Part shown: one piece after another, positions 30,836 through 40,550 of the stretch
Numbering within the stretch: the first letter of the stretch is position 1
Layout: every line of letters begins with the position of its first letter
Program-made: the position numbers and the translations under genes
NCBI GenBank assembly: GCA_963707985.1
Contig: CAVPRW010000014.1
Span: 1-64,000, forward strand
Origin: an uncultured Nitrospinota bacterium
Lineage (GTDB): Bacteria > Tectomicrobia > Entotheonellia > J063 > CAVPRW01
Length of the DNA stretch: 64,000 nt
Direction: 5' to 3'
Notes under the pieces: generated by a model
Seen by the model: only the letters and a program-made list of their open reading frames with translations
What the model was told of the DNA's origin: nothing
Databases searched by the model: none

Positions 30836-31194
30836 GCGCCGCAGTATCAGGCATGCGCGAGCCTTACAGAGCGCTGCGACTGGTCCGCGCCGCGGAGGCC
30901 ATGCGGCTCCACAATGCTTCCACGACTCCTTTTGCCCCTCACACACGAGTGTGAGATGTGGACGTCAGGTCTATTTTGCACATGAAATCGTTCACATCCG
31001 TGGAGATGATTCGTGGCCACACCACTTCCCTCCTAATGGTTGATCTGAGGACTCCCCCACGCTACAATGGCGCCCTCACGCTCCACAAAAGATGCCTTAT
31101 GCGAACAGGTGAGGCGCGGTGTGCCTGGACCCACGCGGGGGTAGCCACGCGAGGAGACCACCACGTGCGGCGTAATGTGAACAGTTCGACGGAG

Positions 31195-31560
31195 ATGATG
31201 ACCGACGATGCGCTGGAGCTGCTCGCCGAACGCTTGAGCACCCCCTTGCAGATCGAGCACTATCTGACCCTCGCCCTGGAACACGCGTACCGGTTTGGGG
31301 AAACGTGTGTCACGCCCGAGATTGTCGCGATGATCATGGCGCCGGACCTCCACGCGCGGGAGCCCACCTTAGCCCGCTATGGGTATAATGTGAGCACCGT
31401 GGCAGAGGTCCTCCACATCCGCCAGGCCGACGTCTGCTGGTTTCTCCAGGATCAGCTCCCCCCACGCCGCGCGGAGGGGCTGCACTACCAGCTCCTAACA
31501 GCGGGCATCCCCCTGCACGACAGCCTGTCACCGGTAGGACGTCGCGCAGCCACCGGTTGA
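31195..31560 (+). pseudogene. C-terminal remnant of an ExeA-like transposon AAA ATPase
   Basis: ALELLAERLSTPLQIEHYLTLALE...EPTLARYGY...LLTAGIP resembles the C-termini of transposon-associated ExeA-like ATPases; no Walker motifs remain. Confidence 0.5.
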
Positions 31561-31653
31561 ACTGGAGGGGAAAGCCGGTTGCCGCAGTCATCGCGACGTG
31601 CGTGAAGCGCGATACGGCCCGACCAGACCTCAACTTCAAGAGGAGTCTCGTCC

Positions 31654-32103
31654 ATGCCATTTGAGCGGATTCTCGTCGCCCTTGACGGTAGTGAATTCGC
31701 CGCCCATGCGTTGGCGGTGGCCTCGAGCCTCGCCACGGCCTTAAGCGCCCAGCTCAGCTTGGTGCATGTCATTGACCCCAAGCTTGTGACGGGCGAGACT
31801 GGGATGCCGGCGGATCAGCTGTGGGCCATGTTGCGGCGCGACGGTCATGACCTCCTCGACACGGCAGCCTTGGCGATTCCTGGGCAGCCCCATGTTTGGA
31901 AGTTCCTGCGCGAGGGCGCACCGTGGAAGGAGATCGTGGAGTCAGCCCGCGAATGGCCTGCCGATCTCATCGTGGTCGGGACGCATGGTCGATCAGGCCT
32001 AACCCGTCTCGTCTGGGGCAGCACCGCAGAAGGGGTCGTCCGCCACGGCCCTTGCCCCGTCGTGGTCGTGCCGCCCACCGCAGCCACTGATGACGCGAAC
32101 TGA
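31654..32103 (+). CDS. Universal stress protein
   Basis: RILVALDGS...DLIVVGTHGRSGL...GSTAEGVVRHGPCPVVVV. Confidence 0.95.
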   Translation: MPFERILVALDGSEFAAHALAVASSLATALSAQLSLVHVIDPKLVTGETGMPADQLWAMLRRDGHDLLDTAALAIPGQPHVWKFLREGAPWKEIVESAREWPADLIVVGTHGRSGLTRLVWGSTAEGVVRHGPCPVVVVPPTAATDDAN

Positions 32104-32194
32104 GACGAGGCGGGGGCAGGGCTCCGGTCGCCCTGGCGCCACCGACAGCCGCGCCTCGCCAACGCATCCACCCGTGTTGGAAAGGTAGGAACCC

Positions 32195-34648
32195 GTGCCG
32201 ACCAGCAAGACCACGTCCGCCGCTGATGCGATCGACCTGGGTCGCGCCCCCCTGGAGCAGGTGCTGGCGAGGCTCAGCGCGGATCCGCTGGCCGGGCTCT
32301 CAGACGCTGAGGCCGACGTCAGACTCCGGCAATACGGGCCCAACGACGTCCCGGAACGGACACCGCACCCGCTGCGTCAGTTCCTGCAGAAGTTCTGGGG
32401 GCTCTCCGCCTGGATGCTCGAGCTCATCATGGTGCTGTCGTGGGTGCTGGGGAAATCGGCCGATCTCGTCGTGGTGAGCGGGTTGCTGATGGCCAATGCG
32501 GTGGTGAGCTTCATCCAGGAGCGCCGTGCCTCTGGAGTGATCGACACGCTGCGCCAGCGCCTGCAGGTGACCGCGAGGGTCCTCCGCAATCGCGCGTGGC
32601 AACTGATCCCCGCGCGCAGCTTGGTCCCCGGCGACATTGTCCGCCTGCGGGCGGGCGACTTCATCCCCGCTGACGCCAGAATGCTCTCTGGCGAGCTGAG
32701 CATGGACCAGTCGGCTCTCACCGGGGAGTCGCTGGAGGCGGACAAGCGTCCGGGGGAGCTCCTTTACTCCGGCTCGGTGGTGCGTCGGGGCGAGGCCACG
32801 GCCGTGGTGATCCTCACCGGGGCGCGCACCTACTTTGGTCGCACGACCGAGTTGGTGCAGCGCGCTCAGCCGAAGCTGCACGTGGAAGAGGTGGTATCCC
32901 GTGTAGTGGGCCGCCTATTTGTGATCGTCGGGCTCCTGGTGGCTGTGGCCGTCGCGCTCTCCGTCGTCCGCGGCGTCCCCCTCCTCGCGATCCTGCCGCT
33001 GACGCTGGTGCTGTTCATGAGCGCTGTGCCCGTCGCGCTCCCCGTCATGATCACCGTCAGCACGGCCGTGGGCTCGCTGGAGTTGGCGAAGAAGGGGGTG
33101 CTGGTGACGCGCCTCAGCGCATCTGAAGACGCGGCGACGATGGACGTCCTCTGCGTGGACAAGACCGGCACCCTCACGATGAATCGACTCGACGTCACCG
33201 GCGTGGTCCCACTCCATGGGTTCGCCCCGAAGGAGGTGCTGATGTATGGAGCGCTGGCGTCGGAGGAGGCGAATCAGGATCCGATTGACCTGGCGTTCCT
33301 CGCGGCGGCCCGGCGACTGGACGGCGCCGATCAGACCTCTTCCATCAGGACGCTCCAGTTCACGCCATTTGACCCGCGGACGCGTCGCACCGAGGCCCTC
33401 ATCGAACAGGAGGGAGGGCGTGCGCGCGTGATGAAAGGCGCCGTGCCAGTTGTGGCTCAGGCGTGCGGCCTCGACCGGGCCGGCCTTGCCGATCTGGAGG
33501 CTCGGGCGCGCGCCCAGGCCGAGAGGGGCTATCGGGTCTTGGCCGTGGCTCGCGGTCCAGAACATGCCAGCCTCGAACTGGTCGGCTTGGTCGCACTGGC
33601 CGATCCGCCGCGCCCCGATGCAACCGCGCTGATCGCGGCGCTGCGCGACCGCGGGGTGGCGGTGAAGATGCTCACCGGAGATGCGCTCCCGGTGGCCCAG
33701 GAGATCGCCCACACGGTGGGCCTGGCGACCGTCCGACGGGTCGCCGATCTCAAGGCCACCGCCGCAGGTGGCCCATCGCCGGCTGATCTCGCGGAAGGGA
33801 CCGATGGCTTTGCCGAAGTCTACCCCGAAGACAAGTACACGGTGGTGGAGCGCCTGCAGGCGGCGGGACACGTCGTCGGCATGACGGGCGACGGCGTGAA
33901 CGATGCCCCGGCCTTGCGACAGGCCGAGGTCGGTATCGCCGTCAGCAATGCGACCGACGTCGCCAAAGGCGCCGCGAGTGTCGTGCTCACCGATGAGGGC
34001 CTCTCCGGTATCGTCACCCTGGTGGAACAAGGCCGGATGATCTATCAGCGCATTCTCACGTGGATCATCAACAAGATCAGCCGCACGATCCTGCAATCCG
34101 CACTGGTGACCATCGCGTTTCTCGTGACCGGCCGATTCGTCATCTCGGCGTTTGGCATGCTGCTCCTCCTCTTCCTCACCGACTTCCCCAAGATCGCGCT
34201 CGCCACCGACCACGTGCGCTGGTCGCGACGACCTGAGACGTGGCGTGCGACCGGTCACCTCCAGGTCGCGGTCGCCCTGGGCGTGGTCATGGTCATCGAG
34301 GCGTGTGGGTTGCTGGCGCTCGGCTGGCGAGCGTTTGATCTGAGGGCCGACAACGAGGCGCTGCACACCTTTACGTTCCAGACGCTCTTCTACTTCGCGC
34401 TGTTCTCGATCCTGTCCATCCGCGAACGACGGCGGTTCTGGGCCTCCCGACCCAGCGGCATCCTCATCCTGGCGTTGCTCCTCGATGCCCTCGTGGGGAC
34501 CGTCCTATCGACCACGGGCGTCCCGGGGCTCGCGCCACTGCCGTGGGCGCAAACCTTGGTCGTCTTTAGCTATGCGATGATCTGCTCCCTCGTCGTGAAC
34601 GACGTGCTGAAGGTGGCCTTGATGCGGCGCGTGGGGTTACGCACATGA
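32195..34648 (+). CDS. Plasma-membrane-type H+-exporting P-type ATPase (type IIIA)
   Basis: DQSALTGES, VPVALP, LCVDKTGTLT, NQDPID and TGDGVNDAPAL motifs. Confidence 0.92.
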   Translation: MPTSKTTSAADAIDLGRAPLEQVLARLSADPLAGLSDAEADVRLRQYGPNDVPERTPHPLRQFLQKFWGLSAWMLELIMVLSWVLGKSADLVVVSGLLMANAVVSFIQERRASGVIDTLRQRLQVTARVLRNRAWQLIPARSLVPGDIVRLRAGDFIPADARMLSGELSMDQSALTGESLEADKRPGELLYSGSVVRRGEATAVVILTGARTYFGRTTELVQRAQPKLHVEEVVSRVVGRLFVIVGLLVAVAVALSVVRGVPLLAILPLTLVLFMSAVPVALPVMITVSTAVGSLELAKKGVLVTRLSASEDAATMDVLCVDKTGTLTMNRLDVTGVVPLHGFAPKEVLMYGALASEEANQDPIDLAFLAAARRLDGADQTSSIRTLQFTPFDPRTRRTEALIEQEGGRARVMKGAVPVVAQACGLDRAGLADLEARARAQAERGYRVLAVARGPEHASLELVGLVALADPPRPDATALIAALRDRGVAVKMLTGDALPVAQEIAHTVGLATVRRVADLKATAAGGPSPADLAEGTDGFAEVYPEDKYTVVERLQAAGHVVGMTGDGVNDAPALRQAEVGIAVSNATDVAKGAASVVLTDEGLSGIVTLVEQGRMIYQRILTWIINKISRTILQSALVTIAFLVTGRFVISAFGMLLLLFLTDFPKIALATDHVRWSRRPETWRATGHLQVAVALGVVMVIEACGLLALGWRAFDLRADNEALHTFTFQTLFYFALFSILSIRERRRFWASRPSGILILALLLDALVGTVLSTTGVPGLAPLPWAQTLVVFSYAMICSLVVNDVLKVALMRRVGLRT

Positions 34649-34732
34649 CGCCCCCACGGGAATGGTTCCCGCCCATTGCACGCGCGTGTGGTGACAGGTA
34701 ACTGTAACGGCGCGATACTATAAGCCGCTCTG

Positions 34733-34916
34733 CCCGAGACCATCGCCGTTTTCAGCCTAGATTCAGACTCTTACGAACTTTTAGTGAAGTGTCTTCAGCC
34801 CAACGCATTAAGTTGAAAAAGTTATTGGAGCGATAGCCCCAAACATGGCTAAACTGCGTATATGCCTGGATCACAAAGACTTCCGGGCAGCCTTCACCAA
34901 GAGTGCGTAAGAGCCC
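34733..34916 (+). repeat. 184-bp direct repeat (copy 1) containing an ISL3-type MITE (34766-34915)
   Basis: Near-identical to 39110-39293; internal IRs GACTCTTACGAACTTTTAGTGAAG / CTTCACCAAGAGTGCGTAAGAGCC. Confidence 0.9.
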
Positions 34917-35013
34917 ACATTCGCTGCCAATATCCCCCAGGCGCTCCCGGCGAGGCTTGCGTGTCAAGGCTCGCCACGACGTCGTTGGTCATCGACACTG
35001 TTGGTGGAGCTGT

Positions 35014-35820
35014 TCATTCATGAAGGGACGTGATCCACGCCCGCAGGACATCCATCTCCCTCTCATGCAGGCGGTGCTTCGGAGCGATCCGGCCGGCTGC
35101 AGACCGCACGCCCACGACCTCGAAGAGTCGGCTCTCACCGGGCCTCCCGGGCGTGACCCACTGGATGCCGCCTTGCGCCTTGCGCAGTGCGCCGGTGGTG
35201 TCCGCACGGAGGCCTGCGGCGGGCTCGTGGGCACCGTGGCAGGCGGCACAGCGCTCCGCGAGCACGCCAGCAGCCTGGGCGTTGACGGCGTCGCGGGCGG
35301 CCGCGCTGGTGCCTGACTCCGGTTCAGCCTGGGGCGTCGTGTCCGGCGTTGAACCTGACGGGGACGGCGCGGCTCTCTCAGCGGCGGTTCCCGGTGTCGT
35401 AGGAGCTGCTCCCGCCGTGGGGTCATCTGCGAGCGGATGGAGGGGAGCGTCCATCGGTCGCACCGACACATGGGCCGCCAGCGCCAGCGCCGTCAACGGC
35501 AGCGCCGCAGCGGTCAACACCGTGAGCCCCGCGAGACGCGGTGACCGCGCCGCCCATGCGGCCACCCCGAACCGCCGGCTTAGGCCCATGACCAGCCAGC
35601 GCCAGTGTAGGGCCACATGCACCGCAAGAACGGTGAGGAGGGTCACGCTGATCCAGGCGTGCACGGTGCCCCAGTGATGACGTAGTAGCCCCCAGAGGAT
35701 GTGGGTGCGGTTGGTCCCAGGCGGCAGCACGAACCAGAGGAGATAGCCGGTACCCACCAGGGCCGTCAGCAGGGCCGCCGCGACCGTATCGATCAGTAGG
35801 TTGAACACACCCCTGTTCAT
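35014..35820 (-). CDS. DUF4405-like membrane domain fused to a c-type cytochrome domain
   Basis: GLLRHHWGTVH...VHVALHW His-rich TM motif, a Pro/Ala/Thr linker, then CAACH heme motif and PGRPGES. Confidence 0.75.
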   Translation of the reverse strand: MNRGVFNLLIDTVAAALLTALVGTGYLLWFVLPPGTNRTHILWGLLRHHWGTVHAWISVTLLTVLAVHVALHWRWLVMGLSRRFGVAAWAARSPRLAGLTVLTAAALPLTALALAAHVSVRPMDAPLHPLADDPTAGAAPTTPGTAAERAAPSPSGSTPDTTPQAEPESGTSAAARDAVNAQAAGVLAERCAACHGAHEPAAGLRADTTGALRKAQGGIQWVTPGRPGESRLFEVVGVRSAAGRIAPKHRLHEREMDVLRAWITSLHE

Positions 35821-36025
35821 GGATCCCCCGGATGGGAGGCCAATGGCCTGTGGACCGCGGACCGCCTTGGGCATGATGGCCTCGCAGACCGCGGCCCTGA
35901 CTTACCTCCAGCTTACCCAGAGCGACGATGACCTGATATCCTTGACACCCGTGTGGATTGGAGCACCGGTCGTGCGGTCGCTCCACGCTGGACACACGTC
36001 AGGGATGCAGAGAGCCGCCCTGCGG

Positions 36026-36805
36026 TCACGACCCCATGAGAGCGGTGACATTGGTGATCAAGAGAAGACATGCCACCGCCAGAACAAACCCAGCAAACAG
36101 CTTGCGTAGCGTGTGCTCCGGGATGCGTCCTGCCAGCGCGAGCCCGAGCCACATGCCGATGAGGGCGACGACCAGGAAGCCCGCAGTCAGGACCCAGTCT
36201 AATGCGGTATACCGGAGTTGGCCCACGAGGCCCGCGATGGAGTTCAGGGCAATGATCGCCAGTGACGATCCCACTGCCCTCCTCATCTCCAGGCCAGCGA
36301 AGAACACCAGCATCGGCACCAGCAAGAACCCGCCACCCACGCCCAGGAAGCCTGTCAACACACCCACCGCCGCGCCAATCATCAGACACCGCAGAGGGCG
36401 ACACGCGCCTGTGCCCTCCGTGGCTCGGCGCCCCCGCAGCATGACGCCCCCGACCACCAGCATGAGACAGGCGAACAGCAGCAGCAACACCGAGGATGGG
36501 AGAAGATGCGTCAACCCCGCCCCAACGTAGGCCCCCGCCATGCCTGTCAGCGTAAAGAGCCACGTCGCCTGCACATGGACGTGACCACGAAGATACTGGA
36601 CGACACCGCCGATCAGGCTCGTGGCGCCCACGACCGCCATAGACATCCCGACGGCCTGTTGGGTCGGGATACCAGCCACGTACACCAGCACGGGTAGGGT
36701 AACAATGGCTCCACCGCCACCGAGCAAGCCGAGCGATAACCCGATCACAAGGGCCAGCACCAGCGCCAACGCGAGTCCCCATGTCATAGACGTTCCTTGC
36801 GCCAC
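36026..36805 (-). CDS. Sulfite exporter TauE/SafE (TSUP) family protein
   Basis: GLLGGGGAIVTLP and GFLGVGGGFLLVP motifs. Confidence 0.92.
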   Translation of the reverse strand: MAQGTSMTWGLALALVLALVIGLSLGLLGGGGAIVTLPVLVYVAGIPTQQAVGMSMAVVGATSLIGGVVQYLRGHVHVQATWLFTLTGMAGAYVGAGLTHLLPSSVLLLLFACLMLVVGGVMLRGRRATEGTGACRPLRCLMIGAAVGVLTGFLGVGGGFLLVPMLVFFAGLEMRRAVGSSLAIIALNSIAGLVGQLRYTALDWVLTAGFLVVALIGMWLGLALAGRIPEHTLRKLFAGFVLAVACLLLITNVTALMGS

Positions 36806-36808
36806 ATG

Positions 36809-37900
36809 TTACGTAGACGCCACAGGAAGGCCCGCTTTCGCCCAAGCCGTCATCCCTCCTGCCAGCACGTACACATGCGTGAAGCCGGCCTGCATCAGAA
36901 TCTGAGCCGCAGAATGGGCGCGCCCCCCAGAGCGACAGATGGTCACCAGGTCCGCGTCTTTGAATGCCTCCAACGCTGACAACCGCCCGGTGAGACTGCC
37001 GATCGGGATGTGCGTCACTCCGGGGAGATGGCCGAGCTCCCCGGTGAGCTCCTGCGCCTCCCGCACGTCCAGCAACAGCAGGGGCTGCTGCTCATCGAGC
37101 CGTCGCTTGACCTCCTGAGCAGGGATGGTGGCGACTTGGAGGTCATTGGCACTATGAGCCAGGGTGCCTTTCACCTCGCATGCTGGGGCATCCACGGGAA
37201 TCCATGCGGCGTTGGGATCCCGGGCGCAGGCGTAGTTAGCCTGCAGCACGTCCTTCATCCAGTCCGCCGGGCCAAGCTTGAGGTCCTCTACGAATGTGAC
37301 GTATTCGTCCTTGGACCGCGGCTGGAGGAAGGGGTTGCGTTGCTTCTGCTCGGCGAGACTTGAGGGCTGCCGGTGGCGGTATTCGTGGGCTGGATAGACG
37401 ACGAGGTGCTCGGGGAGCGTCAGAATCCTCTGCAGACTCTCCCAGTGCTCACCCGGGTCACCCCCCGGCAGATCGTCACGCCCAGCGCCGCCATCGTCCA
37501 GGAACAGCACATCTCCGACCAGCAGGCGATCGGGAAAGATCAGGGTGACCGAATCCTTGGTGTGTCCAGGCGTATGCATGATTTTCACCGGGATCTCCCC
37601 CAAGTGGCACTCAAACCCGTCGATGATGCGGAAGCTTACGCAGTGCGCTGGCGCCTTGGTATGCATGACGTACTCACAGTCCGTCTGATCTTTGAGCGCC
37701 GCGCCGCCCGAGAGATGGTCTGCGTGCGTATGCGTGTCAATCACGTGGGTCAACTTCCACTGCTCCTGATCCAGCAGCGCTAAATAGTCGTGGACGTGCT
37801 CAAGCACCGGATCAATCAGCACGACTTCAGTCGACCCTTGGGTGCCGATGAGATACGTGCGACAGGCATGGGGATTGAGCTGACGGAAGATGATCTCCAT
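36809..37900 (-). CDS. MBL-fold persulfide dioxygenase-like domain fused to rhodanese
   Basis: DTHTHADHLSG, TPGHT, VYPAHEY and NPFL motifs; C-terminal LLDVRE...GHLPG...ICRSGGR..LAGG. Confidence 0.9.
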   Translation of the reverse strand: MEIIFRQLNPHACRTYLIGTQGSTEVVLIDPVLEHVHDYLALLDQEQWKLTHVIDTHTHADHLSGGAALKDQTDCEYVMHTKAPAHCVSFRIIDGFECHLGEIPVKIMHTPGHTKDSVTLIFPDRLLVGDVLFLDDGGAGRDDLPGGDPGEHWESLQRILTLPEHLVVYPAHEYRHRQPSSLAEQKQRNPFLQPRSKDEYVTFVEDLKLGPADWMKDVLQANYACARDPNAAWIPVDAPACEVKGTLAHSANDLQVATIPAQEVKRRLDEQQPLLLLDVREAQELTGELGHLPGVTHIPIGSLTGRLSALEAFKDADLVTICRSGGRAHSAAQILMQAGFTHVYVLAGGMTAWAKAGLPVAST

Positions 37901-37993
37901 GGGTGTTCCTCCTCTCGTTCACTGAACGTTCGGCGTCAACCGCTGCCGGAAGCGGGGGAGCCGCGGACGCTGGAGGCCGTCAGCTGTACGCCG

Positions 37994-38272
37994 TTATACG
38001 GGTACAGCCGAGATTCCGGCGAACGGGTCATGAGCCTGGTGAAAAGGCACCAGCGTTGCCCCGATGGCCCGGACGCCATCGAGGAAGGCGGCACTGGCAG
38101 GTCGTGGCGGGCGGTCAGGCTGGAGGCCAGGGCCGGCGAGGATACGGACACTACGCCCGTGTGCCACAAACTGCTGCGCCACGGCACGGATCGGCGGAAT
38201 GTTACCACCTCCCTGAAACATGACAAAGAGAAATCGGATCGGTCGCGCACGCGACGACGCGGGTTCATCCAT
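37994..38272 (-). pseudogene. N-terminal fragment of a GT-B glycosyltransferase
   Basis: RFLFVMFQGGGNIPP..AVAQQFVAHG.SVRILAGP...GATLVPF, then truncated. Confidence 0.55.
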
Positions 38273-38337
38273 CACGACAATTCTGCGCATGCGACGACTT
38301 TTGCTGGCGTGCAAGACGCACCCTTTCCGGGTAACTG

Positions 38338-39081
38338 GTTGGGTAAGGAGGTGGTATCGCTACCACCCCCTCCCCGAAGAACTGGGCGTGCGACTCGCGC
38401 CGCACCCAGCTCAAGCAACTGGCCGACGCTTCAAGGTCTCCGATAGCACACCGGTGGATCGGTGCTCCAGAGTGACGTTTACCCGACTGGGTATCCAACT
38501 TTTCCTCTGGATAAGCGCTCGTCTCCTCGTCGTGTCGACCAGCCACCCGACCACGTCAGCCCCCTTTCGGGGTGGGCAGGGCCCTATCCGGCGGGTTATG
38601 TATTCCCCGTGCCTTTCGGCTGCCGGCCTTCGCTTCTTGGCCGTCCTGTGCCCACTGTGGGTATCGCCCTCTCTTACGATGAGGTTACTGGATCGCTCCA
38701 GACCACAATGGGGTTTCCACGTTCCGCGTAGGCAAGCGACGTCGGGCGAGTTGGCCTCTCTACGCCGGGAGCCGGGCACCGTCTCAGCATGCTCGCTAAC
38801 CCTGCTGACCTTCGCTCCACGAAGGACGAATCAGCCACGTACGTCCCCACTCTCGTGACGACGCTTCAACCAAGGCTTCACTCGCGTTCAACTCGACTCC
38901 GACTTTTCCTCGCATAGATTTCGGGTGTGGCTCCCTAATGTCTTTTTGCGTTTACGGCCTGCTTGAGACCCCGCGATGACTCGCGACGCCCGGCCGTACG
39001 GAAACAGGCGTTCGGTGCTCGCCTGGCCTGGCCTCATCTTCGATGATCCAGACACTTGACCTATGCGACCTCGTGTCGCAC
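38338..39081 (-). ncRNA. ORF-less group II intron (744 nt)
   Basis: 5' end GTGCGACACG at 39081. Domain V GAGCTGGGTGCGGCGCGAGTCGCACGCCCAGTTC and domain VI ending ...TTACCCAAC at 38338. No IEP ORF recognised. Confidence 0.8.
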
Positions 39082-39109
39082 TAACGGCCCGCGAACATAA
39101 ATCGTCCTA

Positions 39110-39293
39110 CCCGAGAACATCGCCGTTTTCAGCCCAGATTCAGACTCTTACGCACTTTTGGTGAAGTGTCTTCAGCCCAACGCATTAAGTTGAAAAAGTT
39201 ATTGGAACGATAGCCCCAAACATGGCTGAATTGCGTATATGCCTGGATCACAAAGACTTCTGGGCAGCCTTCACCAAGAGTGCGTAAGAGCCC
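39110..39293 (+). repeat. 184-bp direct repeat (copy 2) containing an ISL3-type MITE (39143-39292); right end module of the composite element
   Basis: Near-identical to 34733-34916; its outer IR abuts the 8-bp target-site duplication. Confidence 0.9.
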
Positions 39294-39327
39294 AAATGCG
39301 TGGATAGAGATTTTTATACGTTTTCAT
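39293..39327 (-). pseudogene. Displaced N-terminus of the DGR RT (MKTYKNLYPRI + first two bases of W)
   Basis: ATG AAA ACG TAT AAA AAT CTC TAT CCA CGC ATT TG joins in frame to G GCT TAC GAA AAT CTC at 29408; SD-like AAGGTGAG upstream. Confidence 0.9.
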
Positions 39328-39404
39328 GCGCTTCTGTGTCTCACCTTAACCGATCCAAAAAAAACGGCCAACAGAAGCCAGAAATCAGGAGACAAAAGCT
39401 ACTT

Positions 39405-39527
39405 CAAGACAGGGCCCACCACCACCCGCACCCCGATATTGCCGTTGAAGGTACCAGGACGATTGCGGGTGCGGTAGGAGACGCGGGCGTCCCTACGATG
39501 AACGTTCCAGGCGCCGCCCCGCAGCGT
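39405..39527 (-). repeat. DGR variable repeat VR1
   Basis: Encodes [40 protein letters not shown] versus TR-encoded [40 protein letters not shown]. Confidence 0.95.
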
Positions 39528-39601
39528 ACGAAGGATGTCTCCTTCCGGATCGTGCAGTGTATCATCCAGATAGAGATAGTCCACATAGCGGCTCAAGGTC
39601 C

Positions 39602-40550
39602 TAGACTCGACCGGAGAATAGGCGTACAGAGATACCCGAGAAGAGCCTGGGCTCTTGTGCTGCTCCGCTCTTGGATCTCGCGCGCACGTCTCCTCACGCA
39701 GCGCGGCGACGGCCTGACCGCTCCGTGAGTCAGCGGTAGCGGTTTTGTCAAAGATCCCTCTCCCTGTGGCGGTCACCGCCTCCCAGCGGGCTCCTTCAGA
39801 CGCCGACGGTCGCCTGCCGATGGGGAAAGCGGTGGCTAGCGGTATGGCAGATGAGCAGAAACAGCCCAGCACACCATTCTTGCCCGCTTCTGTTCTCAGC
39901 TCTGGTGTGGTCTCGTGTACGCCAGTCGCGATATCGTCACCGGGACACCACATTGTCGGCCATCACACGCCAGAAGCCCAGTCCTGGGATGCCTACACCT
40001 GGTCCACACCACACCTGGCTGTCTTCCTCCCCGATCACCTCAACGGTCCAGGGGCCATGGTTTTCGCTGGCCCCGTGGGCTCGCACGACCGCCAGGATCT
40101 GCTCCGGTGTGAGCCGTCCCCGAGGGCGCTTCGGAAAGCCGCACTCGGTCAAGCTCTCAACCGCACGCACGCTCGGCCGCTTCGTCAAGAACCCCCACAG
40201 GATTGCCTGCATGAGAGGGTGGAATTTCCACCGCCGGCCCTTCGGCTGCCGGGGGTCACCGACGCATCGGTTGAAATCCCACGCCGCCTTGCGTCAGATG
40301 CGTGGCAACACGTGCGGCGAGCGCTCCCAGAATTTCCGGTACGATGGGGTCATACAACCCTCCTTGGTGACGAGACACGGGGGCTGAGGAGGCCCGCTGG
40401 TCGGCGGTCCTCCGCTGGATTGTCACCGAGGAGGGTACCTGTTGATGGCGAATGTACGACCACCTTTTCTGCTGTGGCTCCACACAGCTATGGGACGGCA
40501 GGAGCAGCAGCTTACCCGCCATCATTCCTTCTCATTACCGGTCAAGTCTA
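39602..40550 (-). mobile_element. 949-bp degenerate ISAs1-like insertion within target 1
   Basis: 10-bp duplication CTCAAGGTCC (39592-39601, 40551-40560); IRs TAGACTCGACCGG / CCGGTCAAGTCTA. Remnant LTPEQILAVVRAHGASENHGPWTVEVIGEED resembles the ISAs1 R.HW.IEN..HW.LDV.F.ED motif. Confidence 0.8.

Larger units (their letters stand above)
29417..39292. mobile_element. 9,876-bp non-autonomous composite element with ISL3-type ends, inserted in the DGR RT gene
   Basis: 8-bp direct repeat CAAATGCG at 29409-29416 and 39293-39300. Inverted ends AGTTCTTGCGCACTTTTGGTGA / TCACCAAGAGTGCGTAAGAGCC. Removing the element restores the RT reading frame. Confidence 0.85.

Noticed and set aside
39399..39953. 184-aa ORF as a stand-alone VR-bearing gene
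   Set aside because: Its 5' two-thirds lie inside the IS insertion; only 39399-39601 belongs to target 1.
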